DNA from: Octopus sinensis
Lineage: Eukaryota
Reading direction: 5' to 3'
Length of the DNA: 46,413 nt
Assembly: GCF_006345805.1 (NCBI RefSeq)
Contig: NW_021834981.1
Location: 1 to 46,413 of the forward strand
Shown piece by piece: positions 11,345-25,848 of the stretch (its first letter is position 1; every line of letters begins with the position of its first letter). The notes below the pieces were generated by a model, which worked only from the letters and a program-made list of their open reading frames with translations, did no database searches and was not told the origin of the DNA. The translations under genes and the position numbers were made by a program.

Positions 11345-11498
11345 ATATATATGTGTGTGTGTGTGTATATATATAGAGAGAGAGAGACAGAGAGAGAAAG
11401 AGCAATAAGGAAATGGAGGGGATCAATAGGGGATTCATCAACTTTTAGACATTGTATTATGTCAATTTATACATACATACATACATACATACATACAA

Positions 11499-11529
<31 letters not shown>

Positions 11530-11674
11530 TGTGTCTGTGTGTGTGCATATATTTGTGTATATACATATGTGTGTTCGTATGCCTGTGTATGTGTGTATAT
11601 GTGTGCATCGACGTTGAGTTTGTTACCCGGTTAGACAACGTGCAGGGCAAGTTAACTTTCCGATGACTCAAACT

Positions 11675-12036
11675 AAGCAACCATATTAGGTAAGTATAGG
11701 ATTCTATCAAACAAAGAAGGACGGTGTAATCATACAAAGCAACCATATTACGTAAGTATAGGATTCTATCATACAAAAAAAGGACGGTTTAATCATACAA
11801 AGCAACCATATTAGGTAAGTATAGGATTCTATCATACAAAGAAGGACGGTGTAATCATACAAAGCAACCATATTAGGTAAGTATATGATTATATCAAACA
11901 AAGAAGGACGGTGTAATCATACAAAGCAACCATATTACGTAAGTATAGGATTCTATCATACAAAGAAGGACGGTGTAATCATACAAAGCAACCATATTAC
12001 GTAAGTATATGATTATATCATACAAAGAATGACGTT
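11675..12036. repeat. ~62-bp tandem repeat, ~6 copies, abutting promoter copy 2
   Basis: Unit caaagcaaccatatta(c/g)gtaagtataggattctatcatacaaagaaggacggtgtaatcata. Confidence 0.9.
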
Positions 12037-12473
12037 GTAAATAATACTGAGTGCAACTGCAATCGTCAGAGTTGTTTTGGTCACATATTCAAAGAGAGTG
12101 GGGGTGGGAAACTAGAATCAACGAATGAGAAACTACAACACTTGGAAAAGAGAGGAGTAAAGTGGGCGAAGGAGAGTAATGTGATTGAGGTGGTGAGAGG
12201 TAAGCATAAAAGAAAAAGAGAGACAGTCAGAGATAGAGAAAAATAGTGTAAGAGATAGGCAGAGATTTAGAGAGGGTAAGAGAGGTGTATATGAGTGATT
12301 TATCTCGGAAAACAGTATTTATATTTGGCATGCGATTATAGAAACACTTAATTTTCTAACAAGGCAGGAGCAACGATGGATGTGTTCGGCTTGACAAATT
12401 ATGCCACGACTTTGGCACTCGTAGCTGTGCTTATTTTAACTTTATATCTGTGAGTATTGCATTTACTTTCAAA
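12037..12473 (+). promoter_or_regulatory. Duplicated promoter/exon-1 block, copy 2
   Basis: Aligns to 2428-2862; the TATA-like motif reads TATAGAAA (12337-12344). Confidence 0.8.
12376..12449 (+). CDS. CYP exon 1, downstream copy ([24 protein letters not shown]+CT)
   Basis: Identical to 2765-2838 except CTC>TTC (L4F); donor gtgagt. Confidence 0.85.
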
Positions 12474-12503
12474 CTAAAAGAGAATGACAGCACTGGCACA
12501 ACA

Positions 12504-12561
<58 letters not shown>

Positions 12562-12781
12562 GGCATTATTACAAAACTACCAAAATAAACATATCAGTAC
12601 GCTATGTTTATTTTGGTAGTTTTGACATTAAGAGTCCCTCCTAGCGTGCGGCATTTATGTGTAATAATGCCCTCTATATAATATAAATAAATATATTCAA
12701 GTGGAAAAAATTTACAGATATTTTCTCTATGAGGTTTTTCGCGTAAACTACTTGATAATTTCTTATGTAGATTTTATCCTA

Positions 12782-12822
<41 letters not shown>

Positions 12823-12873
12823 TATATATAAATATATATTTATACAATACATATCTATCTATCTATCTATCTC

Positions 12874-12914
<41 letters not shown>

Positions 12915-12932
12915 ATATATATCATCTATCTA

Positions 12933-12973
<41 letters not shown>

Positions 12974-13016
12974 ATCTATCCATCTATCTGTCTGTCTGTT
13001 CTGTCTGTCTGTCTAT

Positions 13017-13054
<38 letters not shown>

Positions 13055-13165
13055 GTCTATCTATCTATATAATATAAGGTAGGTACAATAAATTCTCTGT
13101 TTTTTATTTCATTTGATACATATATCCTATATCTATATATATCTATAATATATATATATAATATA

Positions 13166-13196
<31 letters not shown>

Positions 13197-15005
13197 TACA
13201 TACATGTATGCATGTATACATGTAATTGCTTTGGTACTAATGTGTATGTCTGTTAATGAGGTGATATGTGGAGCAAGAGTACTAGCAGAGTTTGGGCCAC
13301 CTGGTTGTCATCCGCTAATGAAGCGGGTATTACCAATATGACTGCCTAAACCATAGTCTTTTAGCGAGACACCATGTATCTGACGTGACCCTCACTACAG
13401 AAAGTCATGCAACGCAATAGGATGCAAAACATTCCACACAAATGGCAGCTGCAGGATGAGTGGAAACGATTGTGGTACAGAATAAAGACTAATGCCAAAT
13501 CCAAATTGTTTCCTTAATTGATTATATATATATATATATATACATATGTGTGTGTGTTTATGTGTGTATGTATGTGTGTATGTGTGTGTGTGCTTGTTTG
13601 TGTGAGTATTGTGTCATATATATATATACACGTCTGTATGTTCTTATGTATATATGTATGTATACTTATATCAAAATATATAATATTATTGATCCATTAG
13701 AATTGATCTTATTGGTTTATGAGGAGATATTCAATAATCGGATAGGATATTCGATTATCTCATAATTATGCACGTGAGATGTGGCAGGAAATGCTACATG
13801 TGTCTTTAAAGAGACAAGATTTTTTTAACAATTGTGCTAAAATGTATAACGCATTACCAAAACTGTTGTGCTCGGTGAACGGTTCAACACTCCGCCCCTT
13901 TATTCTAAATGGTTTGAAAAGAACGATTATATCTCCATATATAGATAGTCCAACCGTTCGATATTTCATTGCAATAGTATGTGTTTATAACGACACATCC
14001 CAGAAAGCTTTAAGTTATGTCTCATACAACCAATTGCACTAGTTGGTGTCAACATAATACGCAACTCATTGGACCGTTGCGCAATCTTGTTACAACATCA
14101 CACGACTAACAGTGCTATTGATAGATTCGATCATCATAGCGCAGTCAGTTTGTGTTAGAGAGGCGACACCTAGCTTATAGTAATCTTCGTTAAAAGTTTA
14201 AGATTAACCGCTAAAATTTTGTGCTTTCTGATACGGTGTGAGTATATAGTACATTAGATAATATATGTATTGTATATATAATATCGTAAATAATTATATA
14301 TATATAGTGTATAATATATCTATATATAAGATTATATATAACGATTAATAATATAATGATATAGATATATAGCTTTGATACTAACTAATTATATCTAATC
14401 TATATATAAAATATATATATGAATATATAGTACTATAGTATAATTAATATATATCCATATAATAGTATGTCTATATATAGGGTAATATGTGATATACTAT
14501 ACAATAATATATATATATATATTATATATATATACATACCGATATATATATAGATCCACTATGATATAGATAACTATATAGATCAAGAATATATCACACC
14601 GATATATATTAATCATCACGAGAGCATATAGATCCACACTACATATATAGATACATATATACATATAGATATAGAGACCTATAGACATAGATAGAAGACA
14701 GAGAGACAGATATATCATATACAGATAGAGAGATACATAATATATATAGAATATATAGAGATTACACACACACATCATAATAGTGTACAAACAAGGAAAC
14801 ATTTTTACTCGAAAGAGGTGACCTTTGACCGGAGAGCTTGCATGCTAGACATAGCAGTCGCTATTATATATGAGAATATGTTGTCTATTAACTTTAGTAC
14901 GCATGCTAGCCACCAGTTTGTAATTTTTTCTAACATTTCTCTACCCGATTATCATCATGGTATATATATATATTATATATATATATTATATTATATATAT
15001 ATTAA

Positions 15006-15039
<34 letters not shown>

Positions 15040-15190
15040 GTGTGTGTGTACTAAACCTTCAAGGAGGTATCTATATATTATCTATATATTTATAAAACCT
15101 AACAGGTTTCGGATAGTATAGATATGTTTAACTTTTTATAAACTATATGTATGTATGTATGTATATATGTATGTATGTATGTATTTATTC

Positions 15191-15223
<33 letters not shown>

Positions 15224-15899
15224 ATATGTATACACATATATATATATACATATAATATACGCACATACACACATGTATGTATATGTTTTCTACATATTGT
15301 ATATATATGTATGTATATATATATATATTATATATAGTATGTATATATATGTATGTATATAAATATATATGCGTATATATGTATATATAGATGCTTATAT
15401 ATATATATTATATATATGTATATATATATATACTCTCTTGGTTCGGCCGCCATCCGTGCAGCATACATATTCCTCCCTTTTATTGTGAAATATTGTATCC
15501 CTGCTGTAACACCTTATTTCCACAAGCCCGCTTAATTTAAATTTGTCCTTAGTCGAAAGAAACCTGCGCTTATTCCCTGTTATTTATATTTGTGTAACAT
15601 TCTCCGTTTTTTCCCGTCCTTGTTTTCGTATACATTCGCTGCTTTTTCCAAGGAATCTAATGCTCTTAGCGTAGTTTTTCCTTGGGGCTGGCCGGTTTGG
15701 AACAATCTCGAGTATAACCAGACGAAATTGCAAAGATAATCTGGAACTCGACTGAAGAAAGAAAACTCCGAATGACCCGTCCTTGTTTTCTTTGTATCGT
15801 CTATCTGGATGTTTTGTTATCCCTTTTTTGTATCACCTAACTGTCTGGATGTTTTTGCGTACTTGTCCCATTTTGTATTTATATATATTTAATATATAT

Positions 15900-15943
<44 letters not shown>

Positions 15944-17608
15944 GTATGTATATACATATGTGTATATATGGTGTATATATATGTGTATTAGGTATATATA
16001 TATGTGTATATATTGTATATATGCGTATATATTGTATATATATACGTATATATTTATGTGTCTATATATAAATAGATGTGTGTATTTTTCCCTTGTTAAC
16101 AATTAACACGGAAAAATAGATAAATAGTTACCAGGGTAGCAAAAAATCACACATGTAATAAAGTGGTAACTTGTTTTTAAAGGTAGAAACTTCGGGTTTT
16201 TGTGAAATTTTTGTATAATATATATAAATAAATAAATGGTGTTTACCGCACGTGTAATTAAAATACTTTTACGTCCAACATATATTTCGAAGATATCACT
16301 GATATTATTCCAAAGGAATAAAATGGTGTAAAACAATGTAATCTTCTCTTCAGAAATGAAATTCGTCAATAAGACATTTTAACAGAAAATGATGGATATA
16401 CATTGTGATTAACTGAACGCTATTAATATTGTTTGAAAAAACGTCAAAGGTAGCCTTTAGAAAGAGGAAGGATAAATTAAAGGAAAGCTAAATAAATGAG
16501 AAGTATATGAATATATGTATATTAAATAAAACCTTATATACTAGGAAAATGTATATTTTTAGTGAATGTTATATATAAAAAGAAAATTAATGTTTAAATT
16601 ATATATAATGATAGAGATCGATTATATGAACTAAAGGTGTGTTTTTGCCAATGTTTACATCGGTATGCACGCACTAGAACCGTGTTTACTAGGGGACTTT
16701 TAGAAAAAATAATGACAAATAGTTCAGAATTACAGAGAAGCCAGAACTCCTTGCCTTTTTCATAAGGTATCGAGATTCAGAGAATCAACCAATCTAAATT
16801 AAACTGTTTATTGTGGTCTTCTAGATCCCAAATTAATTTACTGAGCCCTGTACTATTACGTTTATTCCTATCCCTAAATGTCGAGTAATAGTAAGAAATC
16901 CTGCAAAGACGTGCTTCCAATGTAAAATTCTACTTGATTATGACTAGTAATTTTACACTGGTATATAGAATTTTAAATTTTGGAGTTACTTGTCATAAAC
17001 TTGATTCTTTTGGAGTTGACTTCAGATATAATTGTAATTAAGACCTTGTAAATAATATTTCTAGAGGGATGGATGGTATTAGTTAAAACTGCAATGGGAG
17101 ATTAGATTTAATTTGTCTCCCGTATGGAATAATTAGCCAAATTGTTTTACTACTATTTATCTTATTTCTAGTGTAATTATTTTTGAAAGACTTGAATTTA
17201 CCTTTAGAATGATAATAGGGAATTAAATAAGGGTTATCTCCCTTCCTCCATTTTGTTTCGGTGTAGAAATTAAAACTGATATCGTTAATTCCTTTACAAC
17301 TAGATTTCATATCTAGATATTGAAGTTAGAATAAAACTGAATAGAATCAATGTAGATAAATTTCTCTGTATAACCTGCTTTAAGCAAGGCAGAGTTATAA
17401 AATTCGGCGTTATCATCGAAAATGTCAGCATTAGCAGATAACTTAGATAATCTAAATGAAATATTCTTAACTAAGTTCCTAGTAATTGCCCTAGAATGAT
17501 TACTAAGTTAGATTATATAAGTTATCTGTTAATGTTGATATTTTCAATGATAACGCCGAATTTTAGAACTAACATTTTTGCTTATATATATACACATACA
17601 TACATAGG

Positions 17609-17674
<66 letters not shown>

Positions 17675-19818
17675 GTGTGTGTGTGTGTGTGTGTGTGTCT
17701 GTGTGTGTGTGTTTATATATATGTATATATAAATATTCCAAACTTACAAGGAAAAATTCAATTTAGAAATACTAAATCAAATTATAATATAATATATATA
17801 TATAAATATATAACACCTCTTATGAATTCAATAATGAAAAAATTAAATTATACCATTTAGAAAAATTACATATTATAGAAAATAAATATAAGGTAAAACA
17901 TATACCAATGATAAATAATGTGCAAAATAATAAATAAAACGTAAATATTTGGCAGAATAACTACACGTGTTTCGTGGTTATATTTAAGAAATCACTTCAA
18001 TATAAATATAGTCACTCTTCAGGTCAAAGATAAAATCAATAAAATAATTAATTAGATAATTAATTACCCAATGTTTCATTCAGTGGTACTGAACCCAGAA
18101 CCATGTGGTTAGGAAGCAAGCTTCTTACTCCACAGGATATATGTATGTATGCATGCGTGCATGTATGTATGTATGCATGCATGCATGCATGTATGTATGT
18201 ATGTATGTATGTATGTTCTCTTTCTCTTTTTAATTTTTGAGTAAATTTTGACCAAGCACGTTCTTGGTTACAAGCTTGTGAAGTGAAGTGTCTTGTTTTA
18301 ACCATCAACCACTAAATTTTAAGAAGCCCTTGCAGATTCCCATACATGTGGTCAATAAAAACATCATTATTAATGTATTTCATTTATTTTTCTTCCTTAG
18401 GTTTGGAAGAAGAAACTTTTCATATTTCAAAAATCTCGGGCTCTCTGGTCCCGAACCTATTTCTCATTTTGGAAACTTGATGGAAATGAAGAACCTGGTA
18501 AATTCATTTTGCATTTTTCTTGTTTTAGTTTTTCTTGCCACAGACTTGAGTGGAATGACTCTGGCCTTTCGGCATGAAGTCTCTCCTTGAACTCCCTTAA
18601 AACCTTCATAACGTACTCTTTGTTGGTCATCTGGTCAAAAAGACCCCAATGAGTGTAGATGATGCCCTTGCCGTCAAAAAAGAAATCACCAAGTGCTTCC
18701 TGTCAGACTTAATTACACAGACTTGCAGGGTCTGAGTGTGCCAAAATGCTTCCACTGGGCACTCTGTCTCTTGGCCACTGGATCATAAGAGTAAACCCAG
18801 CTTTAGTCACAGGTCATCCTTCTGTATATCACTAAGCACCCTGGGAACAAACTTTGCACTAATTTTGTGCATGTTCAGATCTTCCTGAATAATTCTGTGT
18901 ACATTTGCCTCACCAATTCCAAACTGTATGTTTATTGTCTTAATTGAGATCTGATTGTCTTCTCTCAGAAAATTGTGAACTTTCTCAACCAGCTCTGATA
19001 TTGTGACATCCCCCTCCCTCCCATATTCCTCATTGTCTCTCGGTGAAAAGGGGCATTTCATAAGTGTACTGTTGTTCCCAAGTTTGACACAAGCCTTTAT
19101 TGCACAACAAGCTCCTAGATGTCCTGACTGCATTCTGGTCAGCTGTGACATGCAGTGTTTATTAGGTTGTATTCAAAGTGTTGTACAAATGTCTCCTTTA
19201 ACATGGAATATAAAATAGTTGGCAGGTCAGCTTATTAGATATATAGTACTGATATACTAAAATCAAAGTAATCGAGGGCATATATGATTGCCTCCCTTGA
19301 AAAATATCTCAAACCTTCTGGAAACGCAACCTTGCAAAGTATTCGAGATGTGAATGAAATTGTGGTAGAATACAAGAGAATACAAGAAAACTCTATTTCT
19401 TAACCTCTCAGGGTCAATAAAGTATATTACTAATCCAGCATTTAATAGTCATTTAGAATGTCATAAATATAAATGAGATTATAAAAGAAAAAGTGAAGCA
19501 AAATTCTCTTTAAAAAGAGAAAGACACATTGTACAGTGGAGTCTAAGATACCGTATGTCTGAAAACTACTTTACTATATTTGATAGCATATAAGACAAGC
19601 CATTTTTCTTTACCAAACAAACGTCAAAAAAAAAAAAATCACCTGCGTCCTTTGTGCAAAACTGGACCACTCATAAGTTTCAATGGGTTAAACCTTTTTT
19701 CTGCTGAAATTGTGGTGTATCTTATATACTTAGACATCTTTCATGCCTTCTGTGTTGTAAGAAACTTGTTTCCCAACCACACAGTATTGGGTTATATATA
19801 TATATATAATATATATAG

Positions 19819-19868
<50 letters not shown>

Positions 19869-22800
19869 TATTTGTTTGTGTGTGTGTTTATGTGTGTGTC
19901 TGGGCGAACAGAACAACATTCTTCCTGATCAGAAGACTACTCCATCACTGAGAGCTGAGTGGACTGGAACAACGTGAAATGAAGAGTTTATCTTAAGACC
20001 ACAATGCGCAGCCTGTCTGGGATTTGAAATCATGATCTCATGTTCATTAGTGCAGCATGTCTAACCACTAAGCCCTATAATTTCACATCTTAATACATAA
20101 TACTTAAAACATTCCTATGAGCTTTATTATAATATTTCAGACAGAATCATTGATGTTATTAGGTCGTCAAGTATGAAATTTGTTGTAAGGTATATGGTAA
20201 AATTTGACAGCTGCTCATTTTGCGCCATTATTATATTTTGATAATCCTTATTTTTTTTTGTTAGAAAGCTGACACATCTATTTCTTTATTCTAACGTATT
20301 TTGCTCTTTATAATGTATTCATAAATCGTTTTTTGCCTTTTTTGTTTAGAGATGGATAAGTCAGAATTTCGTACAGTTTTGAAATATGAGTTCCTTCTGG
20401 GAAATACAGCATCATAGACATCTAGGAATATTAATGAAGCATTTCATTTTTATTTTTGTTACACAGCAGACAGTATCAAATTGGGTTGTAAAATTTCGTT
20501 CTGGTAACTTTGACCTTACAAATGCGCAACGCGGTCAACCAGAAACAAAGGTGGATAATGACGAACTGAAAGCCACCATCGAGTCAGATCCATTTCAAAG
20601 CTTCCGTGAATTATCGTTGTTGTTCGGTGTTAGCAAGCAAACAATATTAACTCACCTAGTTCAAATCAGTAAAGTGGAAAAGTTGGATTCCACATGAACT
20701 CAATGAAAATCAGAAACAGCAAAGTTTGCAACTTTCCAGAATTTTAATAACTTTTTGATAGGAAAAATATTTAACTCCGACGATGCTGTAAAACAGGTCT
20801 TCAAAGATTTTATTGACTTTAGATTGCCAGGCTTTTACAGTCCAAAGCTGGACAAGCTACCGCTGAAATGGCAAAAATGTATAGACAATATAGGTGTATA
20901 CTTTGATGAATAAAACTATTCCTTGTATTTATAAAACATTAGCAAACTTTTGTCATTTCTACAAATTTCATACTTGACGATCTAATGTTAAAGTCGTTCG
21001 TTTATACTTTAATACTTTCAGGGTTTCACTAAAGCATTCAAATACTGGAGGGAAATCTATGGTGACATATATGGGTAAGAATCATTTCTTTGTGACTTAG
21101 ATAATCGAGAAGGGTTTAGCAGAATAGATTCAGATTGGCAGTGAGGACGGAGATGAGTTGTGAGATTCAGGGCACAGTCATATGAAAATAGGTAGATGCA
21201 GCGTACACACACTCACATAGATGCACATATACACACTCAAACGCACGCACATACGCACACACACGCGCACGCACGCACACACGCACACACGCACACACGC
21301 ACACACACACACACACGCACGCATACACGCACATATATAAATCGGCAGTGGAACATATATGTGAAATACAAGCACACTCTAAAAGTCAGAGCAGTAATTT
21401 ATTTACATGAAGTTTAATATTAAACCGGTCATAGGGTGACCACTGGTTTTGCATTCATAAAGAGCTTAGTTTTATAGACGATTTATTTGACTCTAATGGC
21501 CACGGGAATGTAACCTTTCTTCAAACAGGAGTTAGAAAACTGTTACAGTCAGTTAATTTGTAAACAAAAAATATGAGTCACTGTCTAAACCTTAAACAGG
21601 ATGATTTATCGCCCTTAGACCAGTGTGGTCAGCAAATCTTAAGGACCTAAAGGGCGAATAGAGAATCTCCACCCTTTGTTAGTTCCGGTCCACAAGTACT
21701 TTATACATTTCTAATCAACGAGCTGGGAACCCCACATCTGGAGCAGGTAGCGTTAGAAATGGGGGGCACGGGTTATAGATCTTGTGTCATGAGTTTATGA
21801 GAGACTCTGTATCCAATGAGTCTTTAAGGATCCTTGCCCGCTCTGCTTTGCAAAGCTTGTACCATCTGCTCCTATTTATATAGGGCCTCAGCCGCTCTAT
21901 GATTCAAAAATTAGACCTCGCCTCACCGGGCTGTGCAGAAATCAACCTTAATACTTAATTAATATCTTGTTTCATCAACCCCTGAAGGTTGAAAGTCTAA
22001 GTTGGCCTCAGCAGGATTTGAGCTCAGAGCTGCAACACACAGCATTTATTCCAATGTCCTAACAAGTGGGCTAGTTTGTCTCTAATTTAGTAAGGATGTC
22101 AAGAATTTTCATGGGATGGGATCAGTCAAATCAATCGAGTACAGTTCTTGACTTGTACTTTATTTTATCGACCCCACAGGGTTAAAAAAAGAACAGAATT
22201 GACTTTGGCAGGATTTGAAATCAGAACACTAAACACTTGGAATATATATTACAAGTCATTTATTCTGATACTCTTTAATGTTTATACTTATCCACTTGAC
22301 CTAGGGTTAAAATAATAATAACAAATACAAGTCATGAAAGGGTGTGTTGATATTAGCCAGTCGGGTGCCATCCCTGTGTCCGATGGTCATCTTACCTCTG
22401 TCTTGTGCTCAACCTGGCTCTTGTTTACAGTTCATTGTTTGATGTCTTTGAGGGCCTTTTACTTCCTTCTCCTCTTCACTACCTGTCAGGATGATCTTAT
22501 GGAATGACCATCTGTTAGCACAAAATTAACTAGAGACCAGCAAACAACAATAACAATAATGATGTATTTTAATCACAATCACAGTTTACCTCATTTCTAA
22601 ATCAATATTTCTGTTTTTGGCAGGATGTACTTTGGAGTAGTTCCAAATTGTGTTGTAAGTGATCCAGAATTTATCCAAGAAGTTTTAGTCAAGAAATTTT
22701 CAAACTTTGTCAATCGAACTGTAAGTAATATAATCTTATTTCTTTTTCTTCTACTTGTTTGAATTATATATTTTAAGACTAGCTTAAGGTGACCCGCTCT

Positions 22801-24025
22801 ACGCGTGGGTGAGGGTGTGGTTGTTACTTTCTGTTGCTTCCTTTCTGTTTCTTATCGCCACATTCTCCCTCTTTGTTTCTCTTTCCTTTCTCTGTCACTT
22901 TCCCACTCTCTTACTCTTCCTTTCTCTCTGACTCTCCCTCGCTATCTCTTACTCTCTATTTTTATCTCTCTCCCATTTATGAAAAAAACAAAAACCTTGA
23001 ATAAGTTGGGGAAGAAAATATTTAGAAAGATCAATCATAAATATCAGGCAGTGGCAACGGAAAGCAAATTTCCCTTTTGTACGTGCCAGTATTTGAGCGA
23101 TTTAAAATAAAGAAAAAAGGATTTCATTGATAAATTTAGTACTTATTTTGGGAATTTATCGACGATTGACCATGCAAATAAAAGCTCTAAACACGGGCTA
23201 CATGCAGCTGTAAATTTCTTTCAGAAAAAATGAAAACTGTAAACAGTAAAAAATAAAAGGCAAAAATACGGGTTGAGCCTTCAACAGAAGATAACTTATC
23301 TGCAAGTGATTTAGCAAGAAATCTACCAAAACGCTTTCTCTGACTACTACCGGACACTTCTCTTTACAAGAGTACGGCTAGTCCATTATTTCAATCCCCC
23401 AGGGATGTCAATGATTCTCACCCCAACAAAAACGTTGCCTTTTATTATTTTGGGATCCATAAAACAAGTAGCATTTAACACTGGTCAGCACCAGCGTTCC
23501 ACTGGTGCTGACCACTGGTGTAATCGACTCATCCCACCTTCTCTAAGCTACCTTTGTGGGAAAAATTTGAAATAATAACAATAATCATTATTATTCCTTT
23601 TTCAGTTATTTGAACAGGATGAAATCGCTAACGTTGGACTTGCATCAGCCAGAGATGATCACTGGAAATATCTGCGCACTGTACTGACTCCTTCTTTTAC
23701 TTCACATCAAATGAGAGCAGTAAGTATGTAATTCTGGATATTTCTGAATCAACAATTAAAAATTCATAAGTGCAGGCTTTGCTGTGTGGTTAAGAAGCTC
23801 TCTTTTCAACCACATGGTTTTTAAGAATACAACATACAGCCTGGACTGCGGATCGAACTTACTATCCAGTTAATTGTGAGCCCGACGCTCTAACCAGAGA
23901 ACCATAATTATACTCACACACACATATAGATATATACATACATATATATGCATGTTAATATTCATATATATAGATATGTATACATACATACATACATACA
24001 TACACACACACACATACACACACAT

Positions 24026-24085
<60 letters not shown>

Positions 24086-25589
24086 TATATATTCATACAC
24101 ATATAAATTTAAATACTCGAAAAATGGAGAAAAACTTTTGATCAATAAACAAAAAAGAGGCCAACATCGGCTGATTATTTTTTAATACAAAAACATGACA
24201 TAACATTTCTTACGGCCGTTTCTGCTTCCAATGTTAGTCGGTGCTATCGAAAGGATTTCGAAAATAATATTCGTCATCTTCATAGCACATTCGATCTAGT
24301 ACATGGAGCCTCATCAGAGTGAATGCAAATGCAAATGATGAAATATACGAAGGGAAGAGGGAAGAGGAAAGAACAGGGCCTCGAGATAAGGCCAGAAGGC
24401 TCAATATATTAAAATCAAACCATCTTGCAGCATGGAGCTTGAAGTCTATTGGCAAAAGAGTGAATTAGCAGTGGTCTAGAGAAATATTTATGGTTTATTT
24501 CTATATAAAGGGGCACCAGGTTGTGTGAATAGTACTGAAATAAAGCTAGTACTAAAATAAGATAAGAATTACCAATATGTTTAGAAAAAGAATAGTACTT
24601 GTGATATCGTAAATAGGGCTAATTAATAATTATCCCCCCCCCCCAAAAAAAACTGTAGAATTTTTATAATTGTGTATCTTCTGAAATATTCGAGAGATCA
24701 CCACCTGATATCCGTAATGGAATTGACCAAAGTCCATCCATCTCTACAATTGGTCAGTTATATTTGAAACAAAGGTAAAGTTAAGACCGTTACAGGAGAT
24801 ATGTAAATAAATAAGAAAACGAACCGGTAAATAAAGGGTGTTGGGGAGAAGACTATGACATAAGTGGCACAAGCCCGCAAATGGCCTTCTATACCATCTC
24901 AACATGACATAAATAAAAATAAAATAGAAAAATATTATCAGCCAAACGGCTGTAATTTTTTATCGTTAATGGGAAACAACTTATACAAGAGGTGCATGCT
25001 AGTGGAAGTTACCTGCAAAAATAATGCTGAATCATAATCCTGATTAGCCAGTAAGATTCCAAGTAATGGTGATAATGGACGAACAGGTAAATGTCTACAC
25101 GTTCCTAAGTAAAATCTGCATCATAGATACACAAAAGGGCAAAAGCACAAAACCCGAAACATTGAAGTCATGAAAAATTTAAAATTAAATCACTTGTTAA
25201 TTATTGCCATGGTTACAAACTCCAAGTCCCACCACAGTTTACTAAATCTCAATATGTATTTTATTATAATAAAAGTTAGATTGTTCATGTCAATAAATTT
25301 ATTCATTATATTAAGACTTATGTGGGTGCAGCCATACTGGGACTACCACAATTAATCCAATTTCAATCATACACAATAAACTCAGGTGTACTAATATCTC
25401 GTGGGACGTCAGCTACTGCAGTGCCTTAGTACAGACGCTAATTATAGTAAGATATGCATGTCGTATGTATACATAAGTATACATATGTATGTACACTATA
25501 GCAATATATGATATATTCATATCAAGTCAATGTAAAAAATACTATCTTAAAGAGAGCGTGCCGCCCTAGCATGTGTATAAGCGGATTTT

Positions 25590-25627
<38 letters not shown>

Positions 25628-25804
25628 CGCACATGTATGTACATATATAGGCAGACGTATGCATTTCTGTGTGGAGTTGGGTGCATGGAAGGATGGATAG
25701 ATAGATTGATTGAGACAGAAATATAGATTTGTAGGTAGATAGAGTGACAGACAGGCAGCGAGATACCTATATATATATAGGTAGAGAGATAAAGAGAGTG
25801 AGAG

Positions 25805-25848
<44 letters not shown>

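Noticed and set aside
14250-14800. Scrambled TA/GA low-complexity tract
   Set aside because: Looks like a noisy consensus of a microsatellite; no interpretable structure.
15745-15790. CTGAAGAA...GAATGACCCGTC resembling a hammerhead
   Set aside because: GAAU instead of GAAA, weak stem II and no stem I pairing.
22787-23110. Possible Helentron/DINE-like element start (actagcttaaggtgacccgctctacgcg)
   Set aside because: Only a loose resemblance; no matching subterminal repeat or 3' end identified.
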